DNA of 64,000 nucleotides. It comes from a virus. Taxonomy: Duplodnaviria > Caudoviricetes. The DNA lies in the IMG/VR virus record IMGVR_UViG_3300032305_002766, positions 1 through 64,000 of that record. The stretch is one strand, 5' to 3'. The notes beneath the pieces are model-generated. The model saw only the letters and a program-made list of their open reading frames with translations, did not search any database and was not told the DNA's origin. A program made the position numbers and the translations under genes. Shown in pieces: positions 20,313 through 29,633 of the stretch (positions are counted from its first letter, which is position 1; each line of letters begins with the position of its first letter).

Positions 20313-22079
20313 TTAGATGGTATTCAATCCACTGATATAAATTTTTCCATAAAACTCAGGGCGCAACATTTTCTTAGCGTAACGAGTCAAGAGACCTTTA
20401 CGTGGTGTAAATGTTTCTGGATCGTACACTAATGGTGTCATGATTAATGGAATGTATGGAGAGAATACAGCTCCTGTTTCAAGGAATTGTGAACCTCTAT
20501 AACCCATTAAGATCAAGTTTTCAGTCATGTAAGGGTTTTTGTAAACTTTGTAACGACCGTTAACTGAACCTACTTTTTGTACACCGAAAGCATATTCCAT
20601 TTGATCAGCTTCACCGTTGCTTGTAGAAGCAAATCCTGGGATTGACTCAAGGATAGTTGCTACTGTAGGAGAAGTTACTAAGAAATTAGCACCTCCACGA
20701 AGAGTTAACTGGTGGATTCTGTTGCTTAATTTTTGGATCTTAGTACCTAATGTTTGGAACCATTGACCTTGTGTATTGTAGAATGCTTGAGTAGTTGTAG
20801 CAGCCGAAAATGTATTTGAAGATGGTTGGAAAACTGTGTTATTAATAGCTGACCAATATTCAGTACCTGCAGCAGCATCTTCAATCAACATATCTAAGAT
20901 TTCCAAATCAATTTCCATTGAAATGTACTCAGACATGATGTTTGTTAATTCAGCTTCAGCATCGATGTTTTGGTAAGCAGCTAAATCTTGTGCAAACTCA
21001 GGAGTCCATACAGCTTTCAATTTCTTGGTTTTAGCTGTAATTGGTTGTGATTGCATTTTAACGTTAATCTCAGGGATAACGATTTGTTGAGTTGAAGCGT
21101 TATTTGGTACTGAGAAAGAACCTGAAGCTTCGAAATCACCACGACCTGAGAATAAACCTGAACCACCGTTGTTACCTGAAGTTACGTTAATACCATCTTG
21201 TGAAGTTGATTTTTGGTATAATACAGTAATTCTAGATCCTGATTGAGGAATTGCAGCAAAGTTTGAAGATCCTGTAAAGAAGAAGCTAATTGTACTGTTA
21301 GTATAGTTGTACGTAGTAAATGCAGGTAGCAATGTAGTTGCTGTAAAGTTTGAACCTGAAGTTAATACAAAACCTCTAACTGCATCCTGATCAAATGATG
21401 GGATAGTAGAGTTAGAAGAAGTGATCGTAAATTTGTAAACTTGACCTGAAGCAACAGATGCTGAGAAGGTAGAGTCAAAGTTTAACTCAGCCCAAGAAGC
21501 AGATATGATTGAACCTGTACCAGCAGCAGTAGTAGTTAAAGCATTTGTTAATGAAGCTGACATCTCTAACAATGAAGAAGAGAATTGGTTGGTTGAATAC
21601 GTAAAGCGTCCTGTTCCGTAAAGACCACCTGTAGTATCTAAAGTTTCAAATGGGAACTGAGAAGCAGTATCTCTAGTACCATAAAGTGATTGACCTGCAG
21701 TAAATGGATTCTTAGTGTTACCATATTGGAAATCTAAGAAGAACACTAGACCTGAAGGCATGTTCATTGGTTGAACTGAAACGAATTCTTTAGCTACGAT
21801 AGTACCGAATACTTTACGTACTAAAGGAAGAGCGATACCAGCCCAGTTCTCACCTTGTCCACCTGAAGTGTAATATGAGTTAGAAGCGATTTCATTTGAT
21901 TCAGTTACTAATTGTTTTGCTTGGTTTTCTAACAAAAGTGACATATTGTTTTTGTCCATTTCTGTTAGTCCTTCCAACAAACCAGTTCTAGCCCATTTTC
22001 CGGCTAATTTGGCAGCATCACTTTGAAGTGATTTCCAAGATCCTGCTGCACTTTCTAAAAGTTGTTGTACTTGTGACAT
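20313..22079 (-). CDS. gp23: Major capsid protein, T4 gp23-like
   Basis: VSVQPMNMPSGLVFFL, AKTKKLKAVWTPEFAQDL, DAEAELTNIMSEYISMEID, PYIPL, TRYA. Confidence 0.95.
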   Translation of the reverse strand: MSQVQQLLESAAGSWKSLQSDAAKLAGKWARTGLLEGLTEMDKNNMSLLLENQAKQLVTESNEIASNSYYTSGGQGENWAGIALPLVRKVFGTIVAKEFVSVQPMNMPSGLVFFLDFQYGNTKNPFTAGQSLYGTRDTASQFPFETLDTTGGLYGTGRFTYSTNQFSSSLLEMSASLTNALTTTAAGTGSIISASWAELNFDSTFSASVASGQVYKFTITSSNSTIPSFDQDAVRGFVLTSGSNFTATTLLPAFTTYNYTNSTISFFFTGSSNFAAIPQSGSRITVLYQKSTSQDGINVTSGNNGGSGLFSGRGDFEASGSFSVPNNASTQQIVIPEINVKMQSQPITAKTKKLKAVWTPEFAQDLAAYQNIDAEAELTNIMSEYISMEIDLEILDMLIEDAAAGTEYWSAINNTVFQPSSNTFSAATTTQAFYNTQGQWFQTLGTKIQKLSNRIHQLTLRGGANFLVTSPTVATILESIPGFASTSNGEADQMEYAFGVQKVGSVNGRYKVYKNPYMTENLILMGYRGSQFLETGAVFSPYIPLIMTPLVYDPETFTPRKGLLTRYAKKMLRPEFYGKIYISGLNTI

Positions 22080-22112
22080 TTTCTTATTTGTTTTTTAATT
22101 GTTTTTAATTAA

Positions 22113-23396
22113 TTACTTAATACCGGCTAACACTTGCCATCTAGCAAATTGGTTATCCACTTCAAGAATTGGTTTCTTAGGAGCAATACCTGCTACTTTA
22201 GAAGCACCACCAATCATTGATTCATTAATGTTAGATCTTTTTTCTTTCAATCCTTCAGATAATGTTTCAAATACTAATTTTGCTTCTTTTGGAGTAGAAG
22301 TTTTGTCAAAAGCTTCCAATACTTTTACTTTTTGAGCTTCAGTTAAGTTTTTAGCTCTAAAGATTTTATTAACGTAAAGAAGTTTAGCGTTTAATAAGTT
22401 AATTTCATTTAACTCAGAACGAAGAGTAGTAATAGTTTTAAGAGCTTCATTTAATTCAGCTTTCATCTTTTTAGCTTCAGCAAATCCAGTATTTACATTT
22501 CCATCACTTTTAAGATTAGTTGGGGTAGCTTTACCACCTACAAGAGCTGCTTTAAGTTGTTTTGTCATAGTACCAGCCTGATTTGCATCATAATAGTCAG
22601 CTAAATACTTATAGATTTTATTAACTTCACCGCTAAGTTTTTGTTTCAAATTTTCATCTGTAAATTTACCAGCGTTAATTTGAGCCATAGCTGCCTTAAC
22701 ATCCGCATCTGACATTTTTAGTGTATCTTTTAAATACTTGTCAATTGATGCACCCTTAAGAGCACTTCCGATTTTTGAAAAAATTCCTTCTTTCATCATT
22801 TCGTCTTCATCTTCGAATTCAACTTCTTCTTCTTCTTCATTTTCACCTTCATGACCTGCTTCTAGTTCCCCAGAAGCTACCATATTAGCGATTACGTCTT
22901 CGATAAATTTTCTAAGATCGTCTTCTGACATGTTTTCGATATCAACTTCTGCATCCTCGTCGTCTTCAATACCATCGGCATCTTCATCTTCATAGTCTTC
23001 GTCTTCGTTGACGTTACCATGAGCTGTGGCTCCTTTAGGATCATTAATTAATTCATCTCCTTCCATGATAGATTCTTCTTCTTCTAATCCATCTAATTCT
23101 CTTAGAAGTTCTTCAAGATCGATTTCGTCCATAGTTTCATCCTCTTCCATCATGTCGTCTTCCTCCATCATGTCATCAGCTTCTTCCATCATTTCATCTT
23201 CTTGCATTCCTTCTACTTCTTCTAGCTCTTCATTTTCTTCCATTTCATCCATTTCAGCTATCTTTGCAGCTAACTTTTCACGAATTAAAGGTCCGAAATT
23301 TTCTTCAAGAGCAGCTTTTGCGTTTGCTATTGCAGTTTCTTTAACAGCTTTAGCATCAGCAATTGCTTCTTTAAGCAAGTCTCTGTTACTTTTCAT
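22113..23396 (-). CDS. Prohead scaffold/core protein with an inserted passenger domain
   Basis: Very acidic, coiled-coil C-terminus, position between protease and MCP. Confidence 0.75.
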   Translation of the reverse strand: MKSNRDLLKEAIADAKAVKETAIANAKAALEENFGPLIREKLAAKIAEMDEMEENEELEEVEGMQEDEMMEEADDMMEEDDMMEEDETMDEIDLEELLRELDGLEEEESIMEGDELINDPKGATAHGNVNEDEDYEDEDADGIEDDEDAEVDIENMSEDDLRKFIEDVIANMVASGELEAGHEGENEEEEEVEFEDEDEMMKEGIFSKIGSALKGASIDKYLKDTLKMSDADVKAAMAQINAGKFTDENLKQKLSGEVNKIYKYLADYYDANQAGTMTKQLKAALVGGKATPTNLKSDGNVNTGFAEAKKMKAELNEALKTITTLRSELNEINLLNAKLLYVNKIFRAKNLTEAQKVKVLEAFDKTSTPKEAKLVFETLSEGLKEKRSNINESMIGGASKVAGIAPKKPILEVDNQFARWQVLAGIK

Positions 23397-23419
23397 TTGT
23401 CCTCAAATATTTTTTTGTT

Positions 23420-23510
23420 GGAAATACGCTTATTGTTGACGATTGTCGAAGCGTAATAATAATTTATTACTTTAATGTGATATAGAGATCACATATTGCA
23501 AATATACATA
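23420..23510 (-). promoter_or_regulatory. TATGTATA motif plus structured 5' leader of the scaffold-MCP transcript
   Basis: Motif at 23503-23510; inverted repeats atgtgat/atcacat (~23475-23494) and tacgctt/aagcgta (23425-23455). Confidence 0.5.
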
Positions 23511-23542
23511 TATGTGGATTTTTCAAAAATCGCCTTTGCAAT

Positions 23543-23570
23543 AAAAAAGCCTGCGGGTTAGGCAGGCTTT
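23543..23570 (-). terminator. Intrinsic terminator upstream of the scaffold gene
   Basis: aaagcctgc-gggttag-gcaggcttt with U-tract on the minus strand. Confidence 0.85.
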
Positions 23571-23591
23571 AATATAAATTTATAAGAATAA

Positions 23592-24749
23592 TTAACGTTC
23601 CATTTCTTGTGCTTGAGTTATATACCAACCTAATGCACGTTGTAATATTCTTTTTTGGCGAGGATTAATACGAGAATCTGATTCTAAGGATGATTTTAAT
23701 TCTGTATGGTCTTGGATTTCTTCGTTGCCAAAAATATCAATCTTTTGAATATATTCTTTATATAATGTTTTAGTTTCATCATCCATGTTATCCATGAATG
23801 AAGCTTCTTTTAATTTAGTTTTTTTTTTTACTTCGTTAGTTTTTTCAGCACCTAACATTTTAGCTATAGCAATTAATGCTCCTGCTACTCCTGCTGTAAT
23901 AGCTAATCCACCACCAAATCCAGTACCTGTTACTTTACCTACAATTAAAGGAATAAGTGGAATGATCATTGATTTCATTAATCCACCACCTACATCACTT
24001 AATGCACCTGCTATTTGTTGTTTAATATCTCCTTCAGCTTCAAATAAAGATTCATCAATTTTAGTAATTACATCTTTAACTTCTGAATTTGCTGTAATGC
24101 CTTTTTTAGCTAATAATGATTTTAATTGGGCTTTTTGTTCATCTGTGAGTTTATCAAGAGCTGTTTCGATTGCAGGGTTTGCTTCAACTGCAGATTCAAC
24201 TTTATCACCTACAGCAGCTGCTTCTTCGGCTTCATTTAGGTATTTTTTTCCAAAGAAATAATCAATTGGATCTTTAACATCTCCTATTATTCCTAAACTT
24301 ATAACACCTCCTATAGATTCATTTAAAGGTTTAGAAATTTTTTCTAATTTTGCTTTATATTCACTTTCAGTAAGAATACCTGCTCTTTTTTGTAATTTAA
24401 GTTGTTCTTTTGTCATTTCGTTTTGTTTAAACATGTTTTGTTCTCTAAGAAATCCACCCCCACTTCTTCTAACTGTGGTTTGGTTTGAAGCTCCAAATTG
24501 TCTATTTGGACTAGTATTTACAGTTCCTCTGGCAGCATCTGCTTTTTCCATATAATCTTTTAATTCACTAGCAAAACCTTTTAAAGGTTCATGTGTATCA
24601 AGTAAAGATTTTAAACTTTCTTTTCCTTCACTGTTAGCCCAAAAATAGGCTGATTGGAATTCATCTTTAAGGTTTTCATCTTTTAAATTAGAATATCGAG
24701 AAAGAAACTTTTCAGCATTCATATCAGATATTTCATTCAATTTACTCAT
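23592..24749 (-). CDS. Modular putative internal head protein with a Gly-rich hydrophobic hairpin
   Basis: 385 aa; LxE-delimited modules; IIPLIPLIVGKVTGTGFGGGLAITAGVAGALIAIA. Confidence 0.5.
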   Translation of the reverse strand: MSKLNEISDMNAEKFLSRYSNLKDENLKDEFQSAYFWANSEGKESLKSLLDTHEPLKGFASELKDYMEKADAARGTVNTSPNRQFGASNQTTVRRSGGGFLREQNMFKQNEMTKEQLKLQKRAGILTESEYKAKLEKISKPLNESIGGVISLGIIGDVKDPIDYFFGKKYLNEAEEAAAVGDKVESAVEANPAIETALDKLTDEQKAQLKSLLAKKGITANSEVKDVITKIDESLFEAEGDIKQQIAGALSDVGGGLMKSMIIPLIPLIVGKVTGTGFGGGLAITAGVAGALIAIAKMLGAEKTNEVKKKTKLKEASFMDNMDDETKTLYKEYIQKIDIFGNEEIQDHTELKSSLESDSRINPRQKRILQRALGWYITQAQEMER

Positions 24750-24760
24750 TGGGTTTTATT

Positions 24761-25369
24761 TTAAAATATAGGACAAGTGCCATTAGCACATAATATGTCA
24801 GTTAATAATGAGTTTACTTTTGAATATGGGTTTTTATTTACTTTATTTTCTTTACCTTCTTTAACCAAATGCATGTATGAACCTGGGTTAGAAGGGGTTG
24901 ATACAAAATCCCAACATAATAATTCAAAATCATCTTGTACCTCTAATGTTTCACCAATTTGTTTTAATGAACCCATTCCACGAGATGATACACCTACTGT
25001 AACATTATTTTCAATAAGTGCTTTTAAAATATTACCGGATACTGTAGGGAGAATTTCTATTTTACCTAATACTTTATCTCCATCCCACCAACAATCTCTA
25101 ATGATGTGAGATACATTTTTAAGATTAATAATAGAAGAATCAGGGTGATCTAATTCACCTGTTGCTCTATTTCCTCTAACAACATCTTGGTATTTGTTAA
25201 TTTCTCGTTCCCATAATTCTTTAGGATAATATCTTCCATTTCCGTTTTTAACTTCAGCTGTGGCTAATATTCCTTCAACTAATGGGTTTCCGGAAGGTGC
25301 TTTCATACCTTCAGTTAGTTGAAGTGGAGATACTGAAAAGGGAATGGTTTCTATTAATACTTGTTTCAT
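24761..25369 (-). CDS. gp21: Prohead core protease, T4 gp21-like
   Basis: NGNGRYYP, GELDHP, VSH, GVSSRGMGS, DFVSTPS. Confidence 0.92.
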   Translation of the reverse strand: MKQVLIETIPFSVSPLQLTEGMKAPSGNPLVEGILATAEVKNGNGRYYPKELWEREINKYQDVVRGNRATGELDHPDSSIINLKNVSHIIRDCWWDGDKVLGKIEILPTVSGNILKALIENNVTVGVSSRGMGSLKQIGETLEVQDDFELLCWDFVSTPSNPGSYMHLVKEGKENKVNKNPYSKVNSLLTDILCANGTCPIF

Positions 25370-25372
25370 AGG

Positions 25373-25987
25373 TTATTTTTTATCTAAATCACCGTATCCA
25401 CTTGATTTGTATTTTCCTTTAGGAGCTTTTGGTTCACCTAATCCAGGTGCTTCAACTTGGTATCCAATTCCTTTAACACCAGCAAAAGCATTTGTATGAT
25501 AATAGTTAATATCTTTAGCCATGTTTTTAGCAACAATAGCTTTTAATTCATCAACAGTTTTTTTAGCATTTTTAGGATCACCCATTTCAGTTAAATAACC
25601 TAATAAAAATGATTGACCATAAAGGTTATCAATATTTTTAGGATCTTTATTATTAAAATTAGCTTTATCTAAAGTATCTTGAACAGCTTTATCGATTTTA
25701 GAGAATTTGTTTTGATCACCATATTCTTCTTTATCTTTAACCCCAACAGCTTCAACTATTTTTTCATTAAAAATTTTAAACCAATTAGGTTGAGATTTAG
25801 ATTGAGTAACTACTCCTCCAACACCTTCACTTAAAAGACTTTTGCTTTTTAAAATAGAGACAGCAGAATTAAAATCATTTCCATGAGCTATATATTCGGG
25901 GAATAAGTTTCTAGCTACTTTAAGAAAATGATCTTTGTTACCTTTTCCTTCTTTTATTAATTGATATTCTTGTTGTAATGTTTTCAT
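25373..25987 (-). CDS. Hypothetical head-region protein
   Basis: 204-aa ORF starting MKTLQQEYQLIKE; between portal and protease. Confidence 0.55.
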   Translation of the reverse strand: MKTLQQEYQLIKEGKGNKDHFLKVARNLFPEYIAHGNDFNSAVSILKSKSLLSEGVGGVVTQSKSQPNWFKIFNEKIVEAVGVKDKEEYGDQNKFSKIDKAVQDTLDKANFNNKDPKNIDNLYGQSFLLGYLTEMGDPKNAKKTVDELKAIVAKNMAKDINYYHTNAFAGVKGIGYQVEAPGLGEPKAPKGKYKSSGYGDLDKK

Positions 25988-25999
25988 TTATTATAAATG

Positions 26000-26272
26000 T
26001 TAATTAAAAAATAATACATTATTACTAGTAGCATCTAATGAAGCACTAGTAACAAAAATAGGATAATATCCCGGAGAGAAAAATAAAGCAGGTGATGAGC
26101 CTGATAGGGCTAGTTCTCTATTACCTCCGTCTTTTAGTCCTCTAAAATGAGCTACGGTTGCTTGGGGATTAACTGATGTATTAGGGCATACAATAAAACC
26201 AGCAAATGAGCCGGTTATAGATTGACCTTGTATTAAAGGTACTGCAGTTGCATTTACAGGTATATTTGCCAT
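26000..26272 (-). CDS. Small beta-rich protein, possible capsid decoration
   Basis: 90 aa, low charge, contains TGS and SGS motifs like outer virion proteins. Confidence 0.45.
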   Translation of the reverse strand: MANIPVNATAVPLIQGQSITGSFAGFIVCPNTSVNPQATVAHFRGLKDGGNRELALSGSSPALFFSPGYYPIFVTSASLDATSNNVLFFN

Positions 26273-26275
26273 TTT

Positions 26276-26827
26276 TTAATCTTTAAAAAGTTCTATTAAA
26301 TCGTCTAAATAATCATTTGCAATGTCGGTACCATATAAAACGTTATAAGATGGTTGGTTTCTATAGTAATCCATTGTTTTGTGTTTTGCTGCTTGAAGTA
26401 AAGGAAGTAATTCGTTTAATTTAGCTTCTAAAGTATCAAATCCTAAAATTCTACCAGCAATAAATTTTCTTAAAGAAGCATCTACATCTATGTCATTTAA
26501 AAATGATTCAACATCTGTATTAGCTTCCCATAATTTTTTAACTTCAATTCCTTTGGCTTTTTTCGCTAGTGCATCTTTATTAACTAATTTATATTTAAAT
26601 TGTTTAACATATACATTATCTTTTACACCTTCAGGACCTGCTTTAGGACCAGGACCCATATTTGCTCCCGGGCCTTCAGCTACTTTTTTATATCCTGCTT
26701 GAGAATATGCTCCATAAGTGCTTTTTCTTGGAGATGGACCATTGTGGTTTTCTCCTTCTCCTCCTGAGGTAAATCCTGAGTTGGAAGCAATTGTAGAGTC
26801 TTCTTTTATTTTATATTTGTACTTCAC
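26276..26827 (-). CDS. Hypothetical head-region protein
   Basis: 183-aa ORF tightly packed in the head operon. Confidence 0.55.
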   Translation of the reverse strand: MKYKYKIKEDSTIASNSGFTSGGEGENHNGPSPRKSTYGAYSQAGYKKVAEGPGANMGPGPKAGPEGVKDNVYVKQFKYKLVNKDALAKKAKGIEVKKLWEANTDVESFLNDIDVDASLRKFIAGRILGFDTLEAKLNELLPLLQAAKHKTMDYYRNQPSYNVLYGTDIANDYLDDLIELFKD

Positions 26828-27680
26828 TACTTGCCTTTTTTAATTCTTCTAAAAGTTCATAGTATTGTAACAAATTAACTAAATCATCATTACCCACTTT
26901 GGAAAGTTTTCCTAGTGGGGTTAATAAATTATTAACTTCTTTTAATTTTATCTGTACTGCTTTATCACTAACATTTTCTGAGATTATAGTGATTTGGGTT
27001 TTAATTTCGGAAACTTTAGTATTATAAAATTCTTTTAATTTTGGAGTTGAATCAACTGAATTAATGAATTCTTTTAATACTTCTTTTTGGTTATCATTCA
27101 ATGTAGCGTACTTACCATTGAATTTTTCTAACATTACTTTATATGTAAGAATACGTAAATCTTTATCATATGATTGGAATTCCTCAATTAAATCATCTTC
27201 TACTTTTTGTTTATTAAATTGTTTAGTAGTTAATGTTTCTAAAAGAGCAATTTTATTTGATATAATTTGATCGGGATTTGATAGATTCTCACTGTTATAA
27301 ATCTCTACTAAAGTATATAAAGCAGCATGTGATTTATAATTTGGAAGTTTTGTTGAAAAAAATTCTTCTAAATCATAATATTTAGAAATTTCGTTAATCA
27401 AATTATATTTTTGTCTTTTAAGAGTACTTCTATTTAAATTTTTAGAAGATTCAATAACTGAAGTGATTACTAATTCAGCTTTACCTTCCGTTAAATTTTT
27501 GTGTTTAGTAAGAGTTTCATATAATTTATATTCTCTTCCTAATTCTGTTTTGACAAAATATTTTTTAAGAACATCTGTAGCTTTAGAATCTTTACCTGAT
27601 AATGTGTCCGATGTTATCTGACGCACAAGCAATTCAAATAAAATTCCCGTATTCTTATACTTAGAATGTTTAATAGTCAT
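26811..27680 (-). CDS. Head morphogenesis protein (prohead-core-like), helical
   Basis: 289 aa directly after the portal; own TATTTATA motif. Confidence 0.55.
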   Translation of the reverse strand: MTIKHSKYKNTGILFELLVRQITSDTLSGKDSKATDVLKKYFVKTELGREYKLYETLTKHKNLTEGKAELVITSVIESSKNLNRSTLKRQKYNLINEISKYYDLEEFFSTKLPNYKSHAALYTLVEIYNSENLSNPDQIISNKIALLETLTTKQFNKQKVEDDLIEEFQSYDKDLRILTYKVMLEKFNGKYATLNDNQKEVLKEFINSVDSTPKLKEFYNTKVSEIKTQITIISENVSDKAVQIKLKEVNNLLTPLGKLSKVGNDDLVNLLQYYELLEELKKASSEVQI

Positions 27681-27714
27681 TCCTATGATTTTTGTTATAA
27701 ATATATAAAGATTC

Positions 27715-29607
27715 TTACTCTCTTATTTGATTTTCATCTAATAATGATTCTTTTGATTTATCCTTACTAATATTTAAACTTTCAATTAAAGTTTTATGTT
27801 TAAGATAAATTTGTTTAGCTTCTAATGCTAATGGAGAGCCACCTTTATATTCAGGTTTAATTGAATTTGATTCATTATCGTCTTTTTTCATACCTCTAGT
27901 ACCTAATCTATCTTTACCAAAATTATCATCTTGTGTATTTCTATTAGTAGATTTTTCTTCAGGACGACCTAATTTTGAATCCTCATCATATCCTGCAGGT
28001 ACATTATCGGGTTCTGAATACATTCTTCCTTTACCATATAATGAAGCTAAATCATGTGGGGTACCATAAGATTTACCAGTTACTTTAGGGTCATTACCTT
28101 CGGCTTCAATTTGAGCGTAACGGAATCTACGTTTCTGGTCTTCAAGGAGTAAATCTCTATATTCATCGTATTCATCTTCACTGAAATGGAAGATATTATC
28201 ATATATCCAATCTGTAGGTAATAATTTAGCTTCCATAATTTTTTGGGCTAAATCTACTTTTTGGGTTAACAATGCAATTTTTTCCTGATCATAAATGATT
28301 GAAGGAGTCGTTAAACGAAGTTCAAAGTTTGTTAATGCTTCGTCTCTATAACCTTGTGAATATAAATGCACTAAAGCAATTTTATATAATTCCGAAACAG
28401 TAATACGTTGGATACGATCAATTGTACGAGCAAAACGAATATCTTCTGCTGCAAGTGTTGCTTTACCTGTTAAATCCTTTTCGTAACCCATAAATGCTTT
28501 AGGAACTTTAAGGGCAGCAAATAATTTATCACGTAAATAGGTAACATCTTGAATACCATCATATTGTAAACCAGGAGCGGTTTCAATTTTAGTTGATGTG
28601 TCATTCCCACGAATAGGAATATAAAAATCTTCAAGTAAGTTTTGTTGATTATATTTTAAATTATACTCACCCGTTTGTCCATCCATTAAAGGAGTACGTT
28701 TCATTGTAGAAATTGTTTTCTGCATGAAGTTTTCTACCTCGTTTGGTGGAATTGAACCTACGTTAATATAAAAAATACGACGATCTGGAGAGCGAGAAAT
28801 TCTATGAACTAACATCGCATCTTCCATTAAAACATATTGTTTGAAAATACGGCGAGCAGGTTCTAGATATGAACGACCATAAGGAAGATAATTAACATCA
28901 GTTAACAATCTAAAATGAGCCATTTCATAATTATCAAAGAAAATTCCTTCTGTTTTATCGTTTTGGACTTGTCCTAATGTTGGTGTACCATAATAACCTG
29001 ACCCACCTGCATAAATACCTTCAGGTGAATATCTAAATCGTACAGCATTTGGATGCTCTTTATCGTAGTTTTCTTGTCTTTCAATATGATATGCAGTATA
29101 TGGGATTACATTATAAACACCATATTTTTCTGCAATTTCCATTTTTAAGAAGAAATCACCGTATTTACACATTTGGCGAATCCAAGACCAAAGGTTAAAT
29201 TCGATATTTAATACATCGTAAAATAAATTGTAAAGAACTTGTTGAATATCTTCGTCGTTTGAACGAATTTGCAATACTTCACCTAAGTCATTTTTTAATG
29301 TAGATTCATCTGAAATAATATCAAGAGCTGAAGCGACAATTGCATCGTAATCCATATTGTCATAGTCTGAATAGACCATGGTTCTCAAGTATTGCCAATT
29401 GACATTTAATTGGGAACCTAATAATGAAGTGGATGTTGGGGAATATAAGCGATTATATCTATCTAAAATTGAATTAGTTGCTACATCGCCCGAACGTTGA
29501 ATTGAATCAACATCTATTACTTTTAATTCATTTCCACCCTGATTACGGATGATTACGTCTGTTGAAAACAAACGTTGCAATCGGGTAAATAAAGTAGTAT
29601 CGGCCAT
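27715..29607 (-). CDS. gp20: Portal protein, T4 gp20-like
   Basis: YGDFF, MEDAMLVHRISRSPDRRIFYINVG, EDFYIPIRG, ALKVP. Confidence 0.95.
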   Translation of the reverse strand: MADTTLFTRLQRLFSTDVIIRNQGGNELKVIDVDSIQRSGDVATNSILDRYNRLYSPTSTSLLGSQLNVNWQYLRTMVYSDYDNMDYDAIVASALDIISDESTLKNDLGEVLQIRSNDEDIQQVLYNLFYDVLNIEFNLWSWIRQMCKYGDFFLKMEIAEKYGVYNVIPYTAYHIERQENYDKEHPNAVRFRYSPEGIYAGGSGYYGTPTLGQVQNDKTEGIFFDNYEMAHFRLLTDVNYLPYGRSYLEPARRIFKQYVLMEDAMLVHRISRSPDRRIFYINVGSIPPNEVENFMQKTISTMKRTPLMDGQTGEYNLKYNQQNLLEDFYIPIRGNDTSTKIETAPGLQYDGIQDVTYLRDKLFAALKVPKAFMGYEKDLTGKATLAAEDIRFARTIDRIQRITVSELYKIALVHLYSQGYRDEALTNFELRLTTPSIIYDQEKIALLTQKVDLAQKIMEAKLLPTDWIYDNIFHFSEDEYDEYRDLLLEDQKRRFRYAQIEAEGNDPKVTGKSYGTPHDLASLYGKGRMYSEPDNVPAGYDEDSKLGRPEEKSTNRNTQDDNFGKDRLGTRGMKKDDNESNSIKPEYKGGSPLALEAKQIYLKHKTLIESLNISKDKSKESLLDENQIRE

Positions 29608-29633
29608 TTTAATTTAAGTTATATGTATAAATA

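Noticed and set aside
23476-23493. CRP/FNR-like site TGTGA...TCACA
   Set aside because: Spacer is 8 nt rather than 6; better explained as a leader hairpin.
23819-23828. Second A10 run as a frameshift site
   Set aside because: The ORF continues in frame to a stop next to the terminator and leaves no unexplained gap.
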